This document shows, piece by piece, positions 7,978 to 16,207 of a DNA stretch of 32,000 nt (position 1 is the stretch's first letter; each line of letters opens with the position of its first letter). The stretch is taken from positions 78,078-110,077 of the forward strand of contig JAHHIC010000067.1 in NCBI GenBank assembly GCA_019359035.1. The letters run 5' to 3'. A program made the position numbers and the translations under genes. The notes beneath the pieces are model-generated. The model searched no databases. It was not told the origin of the DNA and saw only the letters and a program-made list of their open reading frames with translations. The stretch is from Scytonematopsis contorta HA4267-MV1. Lineage in GTDB: Bacteria; Cyanobacteriota; Cyanobacteriia; Cyanobacteriales; Nostocaceae.

Positions 7978-10635
7978 TTGGGCGTTGAGGTTGCAATCGA
8001 AAGCGAGGACAAGCATATGCACAAAAAACGTTTAGTAACCTTAATGCTACTATTAGCTTTGTTTTTGGGAACAGCGATATTACCAAGTTTCGCCCATTTA
8101 CCTGAGCAAAAGACTATTGTGCAGAATATAAAAGTACCTCAGCAACTAGACCAACAAGGCAGGAAACTCTACGCAACCGGATATTTTTCCGAAGCTATTA
8201 CTGTTTGGCAACAGGCTGCTGCTAATTTCCAAGCCGTCGGTGATAAATTACAGCAAGCGATGGTGTTAAGTAATTTATCATTGGCTTATCAGCAATTGAG
8301 TCAATGGAAAGAAGCCAAGAGTGCGATTTCTCAAAGTCTAAATTTATTAGAAAATTTGGATAATCCATTGGATAATTCAAAGCAGCGTTCGCAAATTTTC
8401 GCTCAAATTTTGGATGTACAGGGACGTTTGCAACTCTCATTATCACAACCGGAAGCAGCGCTAAATACTTGGAAACAAGCGACTAATATATATAGTCAAC
8501 TAAATGACAAAGCTTCCGTTAATCGCAGTCGCATTAACCAAGCGCAAGCTTTGCAAAATTTAGGGCTTTACCGACAAGCTGAAAAAATATTAGCTGAGAC
8601 AGGACAAGCCCTTCAAAAAGAACCAGACTCTTCTTTGAAAATTACCGGACTGCGTAGCTTGGGTAATGTTCTTCGTGTCATTGGTGATTTAGAAACATCC
8701 CAGCAAGTTTTGCAGCAAAGTTTACAAGTAGCACAAGCATTGTCTGATTCCGAAGCTATGGGTGATGTGCTTTTGAGTTTAGGCAACACAGCCCACGCAC
8801 AAGGAAACATATCAGCCGCTATCAAATATTACCAGCAAGCAGTTAGTATTTCACCAACCGTACGTCTTCCAGCACAGCTAAAGCAACTGAGTTTATTGCT
8901 GGAAAATAAGCAAATAAGTGCTGCTCAAGCGTTAGTACCAAATATTCAATCTCAAATTAATAATTTACCCACCAACCGTATAGGGGTTTATGCTCGGATT
9001 AACTTAGCAGAAAGTTTGCTAAAGTTATCAGCAATTAATAGTAGTCAACAAAATAATAATCAACAAAATAACAATCAACAACCAATAACAGATATTGGAA
9101 AGCTACTAGCAAAAGCTGTTCAACAAGCAAAAACCCTTGGTGATAAACGCGCTGAATCTCAAGCCTTGGGGTGGTTGGGGAAAGTTTACGAACAAAATCA
9201 GCAGTTTTCTAATGCAAAAGACTTGACTCAACAAGCTTTACTTATAGCTCAGAGTATAAGAGCGTTAGATATTACCTACCAGTGGCAATGGCAGCTAGGA
9301 CGCTTACTAAAGCAACAAGGAAATAACCAAGAAGCAATTGCAAGTTACACTGAAGCCGTTAATTCTCTCCAATCTCTCCGTAGTGATTTAGTAGCCATTA
9401 GTTCAGAAGTTCAGTTTAATTTTAGGGAAGAAGTAGAGCCAGCATATCGTCAATTGGTCGATTTACTTTTAACAACATCCGTAAACACTGGCAATACAAA
9501 TAATAGTAATAGTCAAAAATATATCCTCAAAGCTCGTGAGGTAATTGAGTTACTTCAGTTAGCGGAACTGGATAACTTTTTTCGTGAAGCTTGTTTACAA
9601 CCACAACGTCCAATTGACCAAGTTATTGATACTGAAGACCCAACAGCAGCAGCCATTTATCCAATTATTTTGCCAGACCGACTGGAAGTTATCCTAAAGT
9701 TACCTGGCAAAGCTCTGCGCCATTACACCACTATGGTTAGCCAGAGCAAAGTCGAAAGTACACTGAACGAACTGCGTCAAAATCTTACCACACCTCATAC
9801 TTTGCGAGTTGCTCAGTCTTTATCTAAACAAGTGTATGATTGGCTGATTCGACCTACAGAAGACGAATTGACTAAAAATCAGGTGAAAACCTTAGTATTT
9901 GTACTCGATGGTGTTTTACGCAATATCCCAATGGCAGCTTTGTATAATGGTAAACAGTACTTAGTGGAAAACTACAGCATTGCTTTAACCCCAGGTCTAA
10001 AGTTAATTAACCCCCAAAGATTGCAAAAGCAACAATTAAAGGCGATAACTGCTGGAGTCAGTGAACCACGTGGAGGATTTTCGGCACTACCTAACGTCAA
10101 GCTGGAATTAGCAGAAATTAAGTCTCAATTGCCTAGCGAAACACTTCTTAATCAAGAGTTTACCGCTCAAGCTTTGCAAAACAGCGTCGGTTCACAGCCT
10201 TTTCCCGTAGTACATTTGGCAACTCATGGTCAGTTTAGCTCCGAGGCAAAGAAAACATTTATTGTCGCTTGGGATAAACGCATTTATGTCGATGAACTGG
10301 ATAACTTACTCAGAACTAGAGACATCAGTCAACCTGAAGCAATTGAACTACTTGTTTTGAGTGCTTGTCAAACAGCTGCTGGAGACAACAGAGCGGCTTT
10401 AGGTATTGCTGGTGTCGCTATACGAGCTGGGGCACGCAGTACTTTGGCTTCTTTGTGGAATTTAGATGATGAGTCTACTGCTTTGTTAATGAGCCAATTC
10501 TACCGAGAATTAGCTACCAAGAAAATACCTAAAGCTGAAGCGCTCCGTCGTGCTCAATTAACTTTGTTAAAGAATCCTCAATATAGACGTCCGTTGTTTT
10601 GGGCACCTTATGTTTTATTGGGTAATTGGCTCTGA
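7978..10635 (+). CDS. Secreted TPR-repeat + C-terminal CHAT (caspase-fold) protease domain protein
   Basis: The likely true start is the ATG at 8017 (GAGGA upstream), giving MHKKRLVTLMLLLALFLGTAILPSFA as a signal peptide. A long TPR-like region contains an N/Q low-complexity tract. The CHAT dyad context is VVHLATHGQF (His) and LVLSACQTAAG (Cys). Confidence 0.9.
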   Translation: MGVEVAIESEDKHMHKKRLVTLMLLLALFLGTAILPSFAHLPEQKTIVQNIKVPQQLDQQGRKLYATGYFSEAITVWQQAAANFQAVGDKLQQAMVLSNLSLAYQQLSQWKEAKSAISQSLNLLENLDNPLDNSKQRSQIFAQILDVQGRLQLSLSQPEAALNTWKQATNIYSQLNDKASVNRSRINQAQALQNLGLYRQAEKILAETGQALQKEPDSSLKITGLRSLGNVLRVIGDLETSQQVLQQSLQVAQALSDSEAMGDVLLSLGNTAHAQGNISAAIKYYQQAVSISPTVRLPAQLKQLSLLLENKQISAAQALVPNIQSQINNLPTNRIGVYARINLAESLLKLSAINSSQQNNNQQNNNQQPITDIGKLLAKAVQQAKTLGDKRAESQALGWLGKVYEQNQQFSNAKDLTQQALLIAQSIRALDITYQWQWQLGRLLKQQGNNQEAIASYTEAVNSLQSLRSDLVAISSEVQFNFREEVEPAYRQLVDLLLTTSVNTGNTNNSNSQKYILKAREVIELLQLAELDNFFREACLQPQRPIDQVIDTEDPTAAAIYPIILPDRLEVILKLPGKALRHYTTMVSQSKVESTLNELRQNLTTPHTLRVAQSLSKQVYDWLIRPTEDELTKNQVKTLVFVLDGVLRNIPMAALYNGKQYLVENYSIALTPGLKLINPQRLQKQQLKAITAGVSEPRGGFSALPNVKLELAEIKSQLPSETLLNQEFTAQALQNSVGSQPFPVVHLATHGQFSSEAKKTFIVAWDKRIYVDELDNLLRTRDISQPEAIELLVLSACQTAAGDNRAALGIAGVAIRAGARSTLASLWNLDDESTALLMSQFYRELATKKIPKAEALRRAQLTLLKNPQYRRPLFWAPYVLLGNWL

Positions 10636-10817
10636 AGCAAGATTTTCTAAGCTATAGCGGTTCCCGCTCTGGTGAAGTACACAAGGGCGGTTCGGGATGC
10701 CCACCCCACAATGCTTTACTAATGTAATATGTATCTCACTCGACTGAGAAGCGCTATAATAGATTGCAACAAAGCATGGAAATCTTCGACCTTGGCTTGG
10801 TATTTAGCTTTCAACAG
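10615..10817 (-). pseudogene. 3'-terminal relic of a DUF928-type gene, interrupted by a 102-bp insertion
   Basis: The minus strand reads ...AKVEDFHALLQSI [insertion] YSLENLASEPITQ*. The intact DUF928 protein at 27922-28647 ends ...LKADWTSLLQSIGLENLASEPITQ*. 28 nt are identical between 10611-10638 and 27918-27945. Upstream it is truncated by the Uma2 gene stop at 10818. Confidence 0.7.
10657..10758. mobile_element. MITE-like 102-bp insertion carrying a CGGGATGCCCACCCCACAA-type small repeat
   Basis: It is absent from the paralogous junction at 27946-27970 (...AAGCCTATAGATTGCAACA...). GCTATA direct repeats flank it at 10651-10656 and 10753-10758. The termini are weakly inverted (GCGGTTCCC... 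/ ...GAGAAGCGC). Confidence 0.6.
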
Positions 10818-11435
10818 TTATAAAGTCGCATTAAAAATTTGTTGTGCGGTCAGGTTTAGCTCTGGGAATACAGTAGAAATAATGCGCTCGGACTCCCTAA
10901 ATTGAGAAACCTGATATTCGTCATCAACTAAGTTATAAATTGATAAAGTTGGTTGTTTTGGGCTACCGATATATTTAACACCACCCAACCCAAGATAATC
11001 TACAATCCAATACTCAAGTATTTTTAGTTCCTCATACTCACCCATCTTTTTATAATAGTCATCGCGCCAATTTGTACTAACTACTTCAACCACTAAGGGG
11101 ATAGAAGCACCACTCTGAACAGTAGAATATTTTGCCCAAAGTTCTTCTGTTTTTAAAGCCGGTTTATTAAGTACTAATACATCTGGAGAGTAAGCGGAAT
11201 CACTAGTGGCAGATTGGACTAATGCAGTTTTGGGAATTGAGTAAGGTAATTTTAAACGTTTGATTTCCGAGGAAATTTCAATATTTAAAAATCCTGCAAC
11301 ATCTTCATGGTCTCCAGTTGGCTGTGACATCTCAACTATTGCCCCATTATGTAGTTCGTAACGTTTATCTGAATTTTCTGGAATCCACTCCAAAAATTCT
11401 CGAACTGTTATTGGTTTGAATAATGCTTGAGTCAT
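10818..11435 (-). CDS. Uma2-family (DUF820) PD-(D/E)xK-like endonuclease
   Basis: 205 aa. Motifs: FLEWIPENSDKRYELHNGAIVEMSQPTGDHE, SPDVLVL, PLVVEVVSTNWRDDYYKKMGEYEELKILEYWIVD. This is the typical Uma2 pattern, which is very abundant in cyanobacteria. Confidence 0.85.
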   Translation of the reverse strand: MTQALFKPITVREFLEWIPENSDKRYELHNGAIVEMSQPTGDHEDVAGFLNIEISSEIKRLKLPYSIPKTALVQSATSDSAYSPDVLVLNKPALKTEELWAKYSTVQSGASIPLVVEVVSTNWRDDYYKKMGEYEELKILEYWIVDYLGLGGVKYIGSPKQPTLSIYNLVDDEYQVSQFRESERIISTVFPELNLTAQQIFNATL

Positions 11436-11665
11436 ATTACTCCTTTATATATTCACCATCTTAGCAATCCCCGCATCCGTCACATGTAAAGGAAGATGAA
11501 CGCGGCTAGCAATTACGACAACGTTTTCAGGAGTTAATTAGAGTCTCGTATTAGTTGCATCAAAAGCACAGTGGATGAGTCACGGTATTAACAGCATAAA
11601 AACCGTAGCTTAATCCATTTAATTGGTTCAGAAAAGGCAGAGGGCATATATTTCCCCGATTATTC

Positions 11666-12052
11666 CTAGTTCCGTCCTAGATTTCTCAGTGCATTTCCAC
11701 GACCATCCCAAGCATCCTGATAATCGGGTTTAATTTCTATAGCTTTATCGTAGGATGCAACAGCTTCTTCGTATCGTCCTAAATTGCTCAGCGCATCTCC
11801 CCGATTATACCAAGCTTCCTCATCATTGGGTTTAATTTCTATAGCTTTATCGTAGGATGCAACAGCTTCTTCGTATCGTCCTAAATTGCTCAGCGCATCT
11901 CCCCGATTATACCAAGCTTCCTCATCATTGGGTTTAATTTCTACAGCTTTATCGTAGGATGCAACAGCTTCTTCGTATCGTCCTAAATTGCTCAGCGCAT
12001 TTCCCCGATTATTCCAAACAAATCCCGCATATGTCCACCACTCATTAAGCAA
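11666..12052 (-). CDS. TPR-repeat segment, probably the displaced C-terminal sensor part of the upstream P-loop ATPase
   Basis: The 34-aa TPR units read WYNRGDALSNLGRYEEAVASYDKAIEIKPNDEEA. The ORF has only a TTG start and overlaps the ATPase ORF by 61 nt. Its reading frame stays open upstream of the TTG. Confidence 0.7.
   Translation of the reverse strand: MLNEWWTYAGFVWNNRGNALSNLGRYEEAVASYDKAVEIKPNDEEAWYNRGDALSNLGRYEEAVASYDKAIEIKPNDEEAWYNRGDALSNLGRYEEAVASYDKAIEIKPDYQDAWDGRGNALRNLGRN
11710..12010. repeat. About 3 near-perfect 102-bp tandem DNA repeats encoding the TPR units
   Basis: CCAAGCTTCCTCATCATTGGGTTTAATTTCTA... recurs at 11810 and 11912 (period 102), with almost no substitutions. Confidence 0.85.
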
Positions 12053-13056
12053 AGATGATTTAGAGTTTCTGGACTATCAAACACTGATGGTAAATCTAAT
12101 CCATTTACTTTATTATCTAATGTTTGTTCTAATTTTGGCTCGATTAATCTCACTCGCTGACAAATCAGTTCTCGCAATTTATTAAGTCCAACTTCGTTAA
12201 CGCTACCATCACGATTTCGTACCATCATCATCGGTACTACGTCAAGTTTATGATAGCTAGCTTCAATATTATTCACCACATCTGAGTATACAATATCAAT
12301 GGGTACAGTGTAGATAACATGACATTTTAATCCCCGTAACATCTCGCTACGGTTTAGATAGATTTCTTCATAGTTGCTTCGTTTCCCTTCTTCTTGAACT
12401 TCAACAATTCTGTCTAAATTATCAGCAATTACGACTAACCCTTTATTTCCCCCTTTTAGTAAAGATTTTTGAGCTTGCTGAATAAAATTATTTAGCGCTT
12501 CAACCAACGAAGGTGTGTTAGCATTTATTTTTTGACGCAGTTCCCGTCGCTTATCGGGAATAGCTTTGATTGTGGCTGTAATCTTAGAAAATTGGGAAAT
12601 TTGCTGTTCTAGACTTAACCCTTCAAATGATATTGGCGTAAGCATCAAATCTTTGAAAGATTCCCAGCGTGACTCCATCCATTCTAATAGCGGGTTATGA
12701 TTTTCTATTTTAACTGCTTCTATCAAATGCCGAGTACAAGCCATTACTATATCAGCATACTCCACATCCTCTGGTTCAATATCTTGGTCATCTACCGCAA
12801 AGTAAACAACAAAGTATCCTTTTTGTTCCAGGTATTCTTTCAAACGCAATAACTCTGTGGATTTACCAGTTCCCCTATGTCCTGAACAAAGCTGACAAGT
12901 AGGCTGATTAGAAAGTATTATTTTCTTCCCCAACTCTTGAAATACTTCCCAATTACCCCTAACCTCTCGACAATCGACATACGCTTCTTTCGATGCTGTC
13001 TCGAAAGGATTGAAGGAATTGTAGATTTCTGCAAGCAAATCTAATTTCACAAGCAA
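11992..13056 (-). CDS. STAND/AAA-like P-loop NTPase (frame-shifted relative to its TPR tail)
   Basis: 354 aa with Walker A SGHRGTGKSTELL and Walker B GLVVIADNLDRI. It ends ...MSGGHMRDLFGIIGEMR* inside the region where the TPR frame (…AGFVWNNRGNAL…) is already open. Confidence 0.75.
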   Translation of the reverse strand: MLVKLDLLAEIYNSFNPFETASKEAYVDCREVRGNWEVFQELGKKIILSNQPTCQLCSGHRGTGKSTELLRLKEYLEQKGYFVVYFAVDDQDIEPEDVEYADIVMACTRHLIEAVKIENHNPLLEWMESRWESFKDLMLTPISFEGLSLEQQISQFSKITATIKAIPDKRRELRQKINANTPSLVEALNNFIQQAQKSLLKGGNKGLVVIADNLDRIVEVQEEGKRSNYEEIYLNRSEMLRGLKCHVIYTVPIDIVYSDVVNNIEASYHKLDVVPMMMVRNRDGSVNEVGLNKLRELICQRVRLIEPKLEQTLDNKVNGLDLPSVFDSPETLNHLCLMSGGHMRDLFGIIGEMR

Positions 13057-13141
13057 CCTCAGTCAATATGGTTATCGAGTGTATGCTAGCAAATTTATTG
13101 CGTACAATAAAATGATTTTTACAATCTGTGTAGTTTTACTT

Positions 13142-13324
13142 AGAGACTTCCAAAATATAATTTATCCAATGAAAGTAGTGCGAGCATCTTGCTCGCTTGT
13201 TGTCGATAGTGAGCATCTTGCTCGCTTGTTGTTGATAGTGAGCATCTTGCTCGCTTGTTGTCGATTGCGAGCAAGATGCTCGCACTACAGTTGGTGATTG
13301 GATATTTTTTATTTGTAAGTCTCT
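13142..13324. mobile_element. MITE-like element with about 40-nt terminal inverted repeats and an internally amplified 29-bp hairpin unit
   Basis: Left end: AGAGACTTCCAAAATATAATTTATCCAATGAAAGTAGTG-GCGAGCA-TCT-TGCTCGC. The right end is inverted: GCGAGCA-AGA-TGCTCGC-ACTACAGTTGGTGATTGGATATTTTTTATTTGTAAGTCTCT. GAGCATCTTGCTCGC recurs at 13182, 13211 and 13240. It belongs to the same family as 22486-22872. Confidence 0.7.
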
Positions 13325-13376
13325 TGGATAAATTAGGCTTACTCTCCAACTAGAGGTTGAGCCGAGATAAAGGCGC

Positions 13377-13526
13377 TTAACGGAAATAGAGGCTGTTAGC
13401 GGAGCGTGCAGTTAAAAATTCATCGATTCTGACTTTGCGTAAATCAATACAATTCGCTGTTTGAGGGAGTTTGTCTGCTTTGTTAACTGCTTCTACTATT
13501 ACAACGTCTGGTATAGGTTTTAACAT
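13377..13526 (-). CDS. Hypothetical 49-aa ORF downstream of the RHH-like ORF (very tentative)
   Basis: Hand-translated: MLKPIPDVVIVEAVNKADKLPQTANCIDLRKVRIDEFLTARSANSLYFR*. It is below the ORF-track cutoff and has no recognisable motif. Confidence 0.2.
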   Translation of the reverse strand: MLKPIPDVVIVEAVNKADKLPQTANCIDLRKVRIDEFLTARSANSLYFR

Positions 13527-13568
13527 AAAAAGCTGATGGAATTTATAACAACTATATCTGTAAACTAT

Positions 13569-13745
13569 CTATTTCTCTAAATTGTGCTTTTTGATTATTT
13601 CATGGTTTTCAGGCTTTTTTAGCCAATCACAAACTGCTTCAGTAAGTGCATCACTGAGGTTTATATCTTTTAATACGGCTACTGCTCTGAATAACTTGCT
13701 TATATTGCCAGGAACATATCCCCGCAATTCTTTTTTATCACTCAT
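13569..13745 (-). CDS. 58-aa ribbon-helix-helix (CopG/antitoxin-like) DNA-binding protein candidate
   Basis: Hand-translated: MSDKKELRGYVPGNISKLFRAVAVLKDINLSDALTEAVCDWLKKPENHEIIKKHNLEK*. It shows a beta-strand (LRGYVP) then helix-turn-helix pattern, with AAGG about 10 nt upstream of the ATG. It is divergent from the GNAT gene and below the ORF-track cutoff. Confidence 0.45.
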   Translation of the reverse strand: MSDKKELRGYVPGNISKLFRAVAVLKDINLSDALTEAVCDWLKKPENHEIIKKHNLEK

Positions 13746-13857
13746 TATTTACCTTATACGCTATGGCTATCAGTATTGTGACACAGTTAGAGAATAATTA
13801 TGCTTTTATGCTTTTGCGCGTTTACGCATAAAATAGTATAATTACAATATTGCTCGT

Positions 13858-14472
13858 TTGGTACTGGTAAATGTACCAATATCGAAATTAATCAGGGGAG
13901 CTTCCGTGCAAAGAAATATTTATTTGACCAAGGGTTCTGATAATTCAACTGTAGAGGCTACCATCGTCAATTTGGCTACCAAGCATGTTAATGATTTTGA
14001 AAATCAATGGGTTGAATTACTTAAACAATACGAACAACAAGATAAATTTTGGGATTTGGAGATAAAGCTTAGAATGATTTCTAGGAACGACAATTACGAA
14101 GGGTATGCAGTTGAGTGTGAAAACCAAACTGAAGGTTTACTAGTTCTTGAAACTCAAATGCATGGTTCTCAAATGACACCCAGACAACGCCTAATTTATA
14201 TTTATTACATAGCTACGGCACCGTGGAACAGAGAAGATGTGCAACGTCCACCTAGACTGAGAGGGGTTGGAACGTCATTGTTGTTATTTACAAGAGAAAG
14301 AAGTTTAGAATTAGGTTACTCTGGTAGAGTTGGATTACATTCGTTACCAGGATATGAAAAGTTTTATGATAATCGTGGAATGTATGATTTAGGCTCCGAT
14401 GAAGATGTAGATGAGTTAGTATATTTTGAGTACGGTTTGTGGCGTCAACGGTTACAAGGGAATGATAATTAA
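13858..14472 (+). CDS. GNAT-fold N-acetyltransferase with an unassigned about 90-aa N-terminal region
   Basis: The acetyl-CoA motif A-like segment is RLRGVGTSLLLFTRERSLELGYSGRVGLHSLPGYEKFY. The more likely start is the GTG at 13906, behind AGGGGAG. Confidence 0.65.
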   Translation: MVLVNVPISKLIRGASVQRNIYLTKGSDNSTVEATIVNLATKHVNDFENQWVELLKQYEQQDKFWDLEIKLRMISRNDNYEGYAVECENQTEGLLVLETQMHGSQMTPRQRLIYIYYIATAPWNREDVQRPPRLRGVGTSLLLFTRERSLELGYSGRVGLHSLPGYEKFYDNRGMYDLGSDEDVDELVYFEYGLWRQRLQGNDN

Positions 14473-14473
14473 A

Positions 14474-14995
14474 ATGGATAATCAAAAAGAACAGCACTAT
14501 TCAGTTTCTAATCCCCTTGATTTGCTCCTTGACTCTGAGTATATGAAACAAGCCATTGCAGACGAGACTTCTGTTGGAGGTAGTATTGGTGCGGGATTAG
14601 ATTGGGGTCCGAACATTGGTAAACTATTGTTTGATGTTACATTATTAGGACGCCTGACGACTTTGCGTATATCACTTAACAAGGAAGCCCGTCTAACAAT
14701 CGAAGCTTTAAATTTAGGAGAAAAAACTAAACTCATTTCACGTGCAGCAAGAGAGCGTATTAAAGAAAAATTACTTTTCCCCACACCAACAGCAATTCCT
14801 CATATAAAATCTGTTTTAGAGCGGGATAATTTATACGACGCTCAATATATCTCTGACCGGGAAATTTTAAAATTTTTACTCAAAGTAATTCTTACCGACC
14901 ATGATAGAGAAATTATTGCAGAGGGTGGTAGTAACTCTGAACGTTTTCAAATTATAGCTGAGCTTTGCTTTGATGAAGTCGTCTCACAATTATGA
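14474..14995 (+). CDS. Hypothetical 173-aa soluble protein, translationally coupled to the upstream GNAT gene
   Basis: The ATG at 14474 lies 1 nt after the GNAT stop (14470-14472), giving MDNQKEQHYSVSNPLDLLLD.... No TM segment and no motif I recognise. Confidence 0.55.
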   Translation: MDNQKEQHYSVSNPLDLLLDSEYMKQAIADETSVGGSIGAGLDWGPNIGKLLFDVTLLGRLTTLRISLNKEARLTIEALNLGEKTKLISRAARERIKEKLLFPTPTAIPHIKSVLERDNLYDAQYISDREILKFLLKVILTDHDREIIAEGGSNSERFQIIAELCFDEVVSQL

Positions 14996-15185
14996 ATTCG
15001 CGTTCAAAGCAACTTAAACAATGACTCTCCCAATACCTAATTGTTTTCATCGTCAGGTTCCGGCATAATTTTATCCAGCCTATCATTAGCATCCTTCGCA
15101 AGATGGATACAGCGAACGCTGGAAACCAAACCACCAGCAGCAATTACACTCCCGGACGGGATTTTGTTGAACCAGGGAAATCATT

Positions 15186-15671
15186 GTGAATACCGAAAAT
15201 GTGAGCATTCGTTCTATTTCTTGGTCAGAATATTGTTCTATTCGTCCACAGTTGTACACCAAAGAAGCTATACTATTTGACCCTGATAAGCCAATTCTTA
15301 CAGAAGAACAAGAAAAAGAGTGGTGGGATAATTCAGTTTGTAAGGGAAAGCATTTCGTCTGGGGTATATTTGTGGATAACTCAGTTTTATGTGGAATACA
15401 ATGTGCTTTTTCGTTTTCAGAAGACATGTCTGAATGTGAAACTGGACTTACCATTTTCCCATCAACAAATTGGAATAAAGGAATTGGAAGAAAATCGACT
15501 AAGCTATTGATGAATGAGTTGTTTAAGATTACCTCTTTGAAGGCTATTAGGGCTGAAACGAATATCTTAAATATTGGAGCAATTAAAATATATGAGACAC
15601 TGGGTTTTACAATAAAGGAGAAAAAGAAAGAAGATTCTGTGGAATGGGTTATCCTGATATACAGTATTTAG
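15186..15671 (+). CDS. GNAT-family N-acetyltransferase (RimJ/RimL-like)
   Basis: 161 aa with a GTG start. Motif A is NWNKGIGRKSTKLLMNELF and the C-terminal motif is NIGAIKIYETLGFTI. Confidence 0.75.
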   Translation: MNTENVSIRSISWSEYCSIRPQLYTKEAILFDPDKPILTEEQEKEWWDNSVCKGKHFVWGIFVDNSVLCGIQCAFSFSEDMSECETGLTIFPSTNWNKGIGRKSTKLLMNELFKITSLKAIRAETNILNIGAIKIYETLGFTIKEKKKEDSVEWVILIYSI

Positions 15672-15699
15672 GGATAAGGAATAATAAGGTATTGAGCCG

Positions 15700-15993
15700 A
15701 TTCCGGAAATGATTATACTTTTTTTAAATATTATTTCGGAGAAAAGGGGTCAACAAGTAATTTGCGAAATAAATGCGTCGCTACGTTAAAAATTATCCTC
15801 TGTTTTTTTTTGCTGTTGCGTACATAAATATTCTATAAGCATCAAAGGTTATTCCTCCCCCAACACCTAAAATTGTAACCACCCGACAAACACTTATTTT
15901 ATACAACAAAATAAAATCTGATTGCTGCCCATGTATCCCAAACCGCGACTACCTTACCGAATAAACGGAAAATATTGTAATCATTTCCGGAAT
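15700..15993. repeat. 294-bp segment bounded by a perfect 16-bp inverted repeat (MITE-like or relic)
   Basis: ATTCCGGAAATGATTA at 15700-15715 is the reverse complement of TAATCATTTCCGGAAT at 15978-15993. The interior is non-coding and includes a T10 run. Confidence 0.5.
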
Positions 15994-16207
15994 ATGCTGC
16001 ACTCAGTAAGTATTATATGGTTGTACTCGCTTGGTGTATACTATGGAATCATTAACCATTGGTGCTATTGTTTTCCTGACCTAGTTTGGTAATAAGCTAA
16101 TTGATTGGGGTATTGAAAAAGCCTATTACACTAGCAAGATTGCTAAAAACTACAAATAATTCACAAGTAAATTTAATAGTAATAATACCACTACCCAGGA
16201 GCGCTCA

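Noticed and set aside
14952-15454. Overlapping ORFs 14952..15143(-), 15041..15280(+), 15086..15454(-) and 15277..15510(+)
   Set aside because: They overlap each other and the motif-supported GNAT gene (15186-15671). Their compositions are atypical and there are no motifs.
16043-16159. Mini-ORF MESLTIGAIVFLT-TAG-FGNKLIDWGIEKAYYTSKIAKNYK* upstream of the hydrolase-NB-ARC gene, a possible NLR-associated short signalling peptide interrupted by an in-frame stop
   Set aside because: It would be only 38 codons even if read through. Its resemblance to the NACHT N-terminus is weak, and it has no RBS or conservation evidence.
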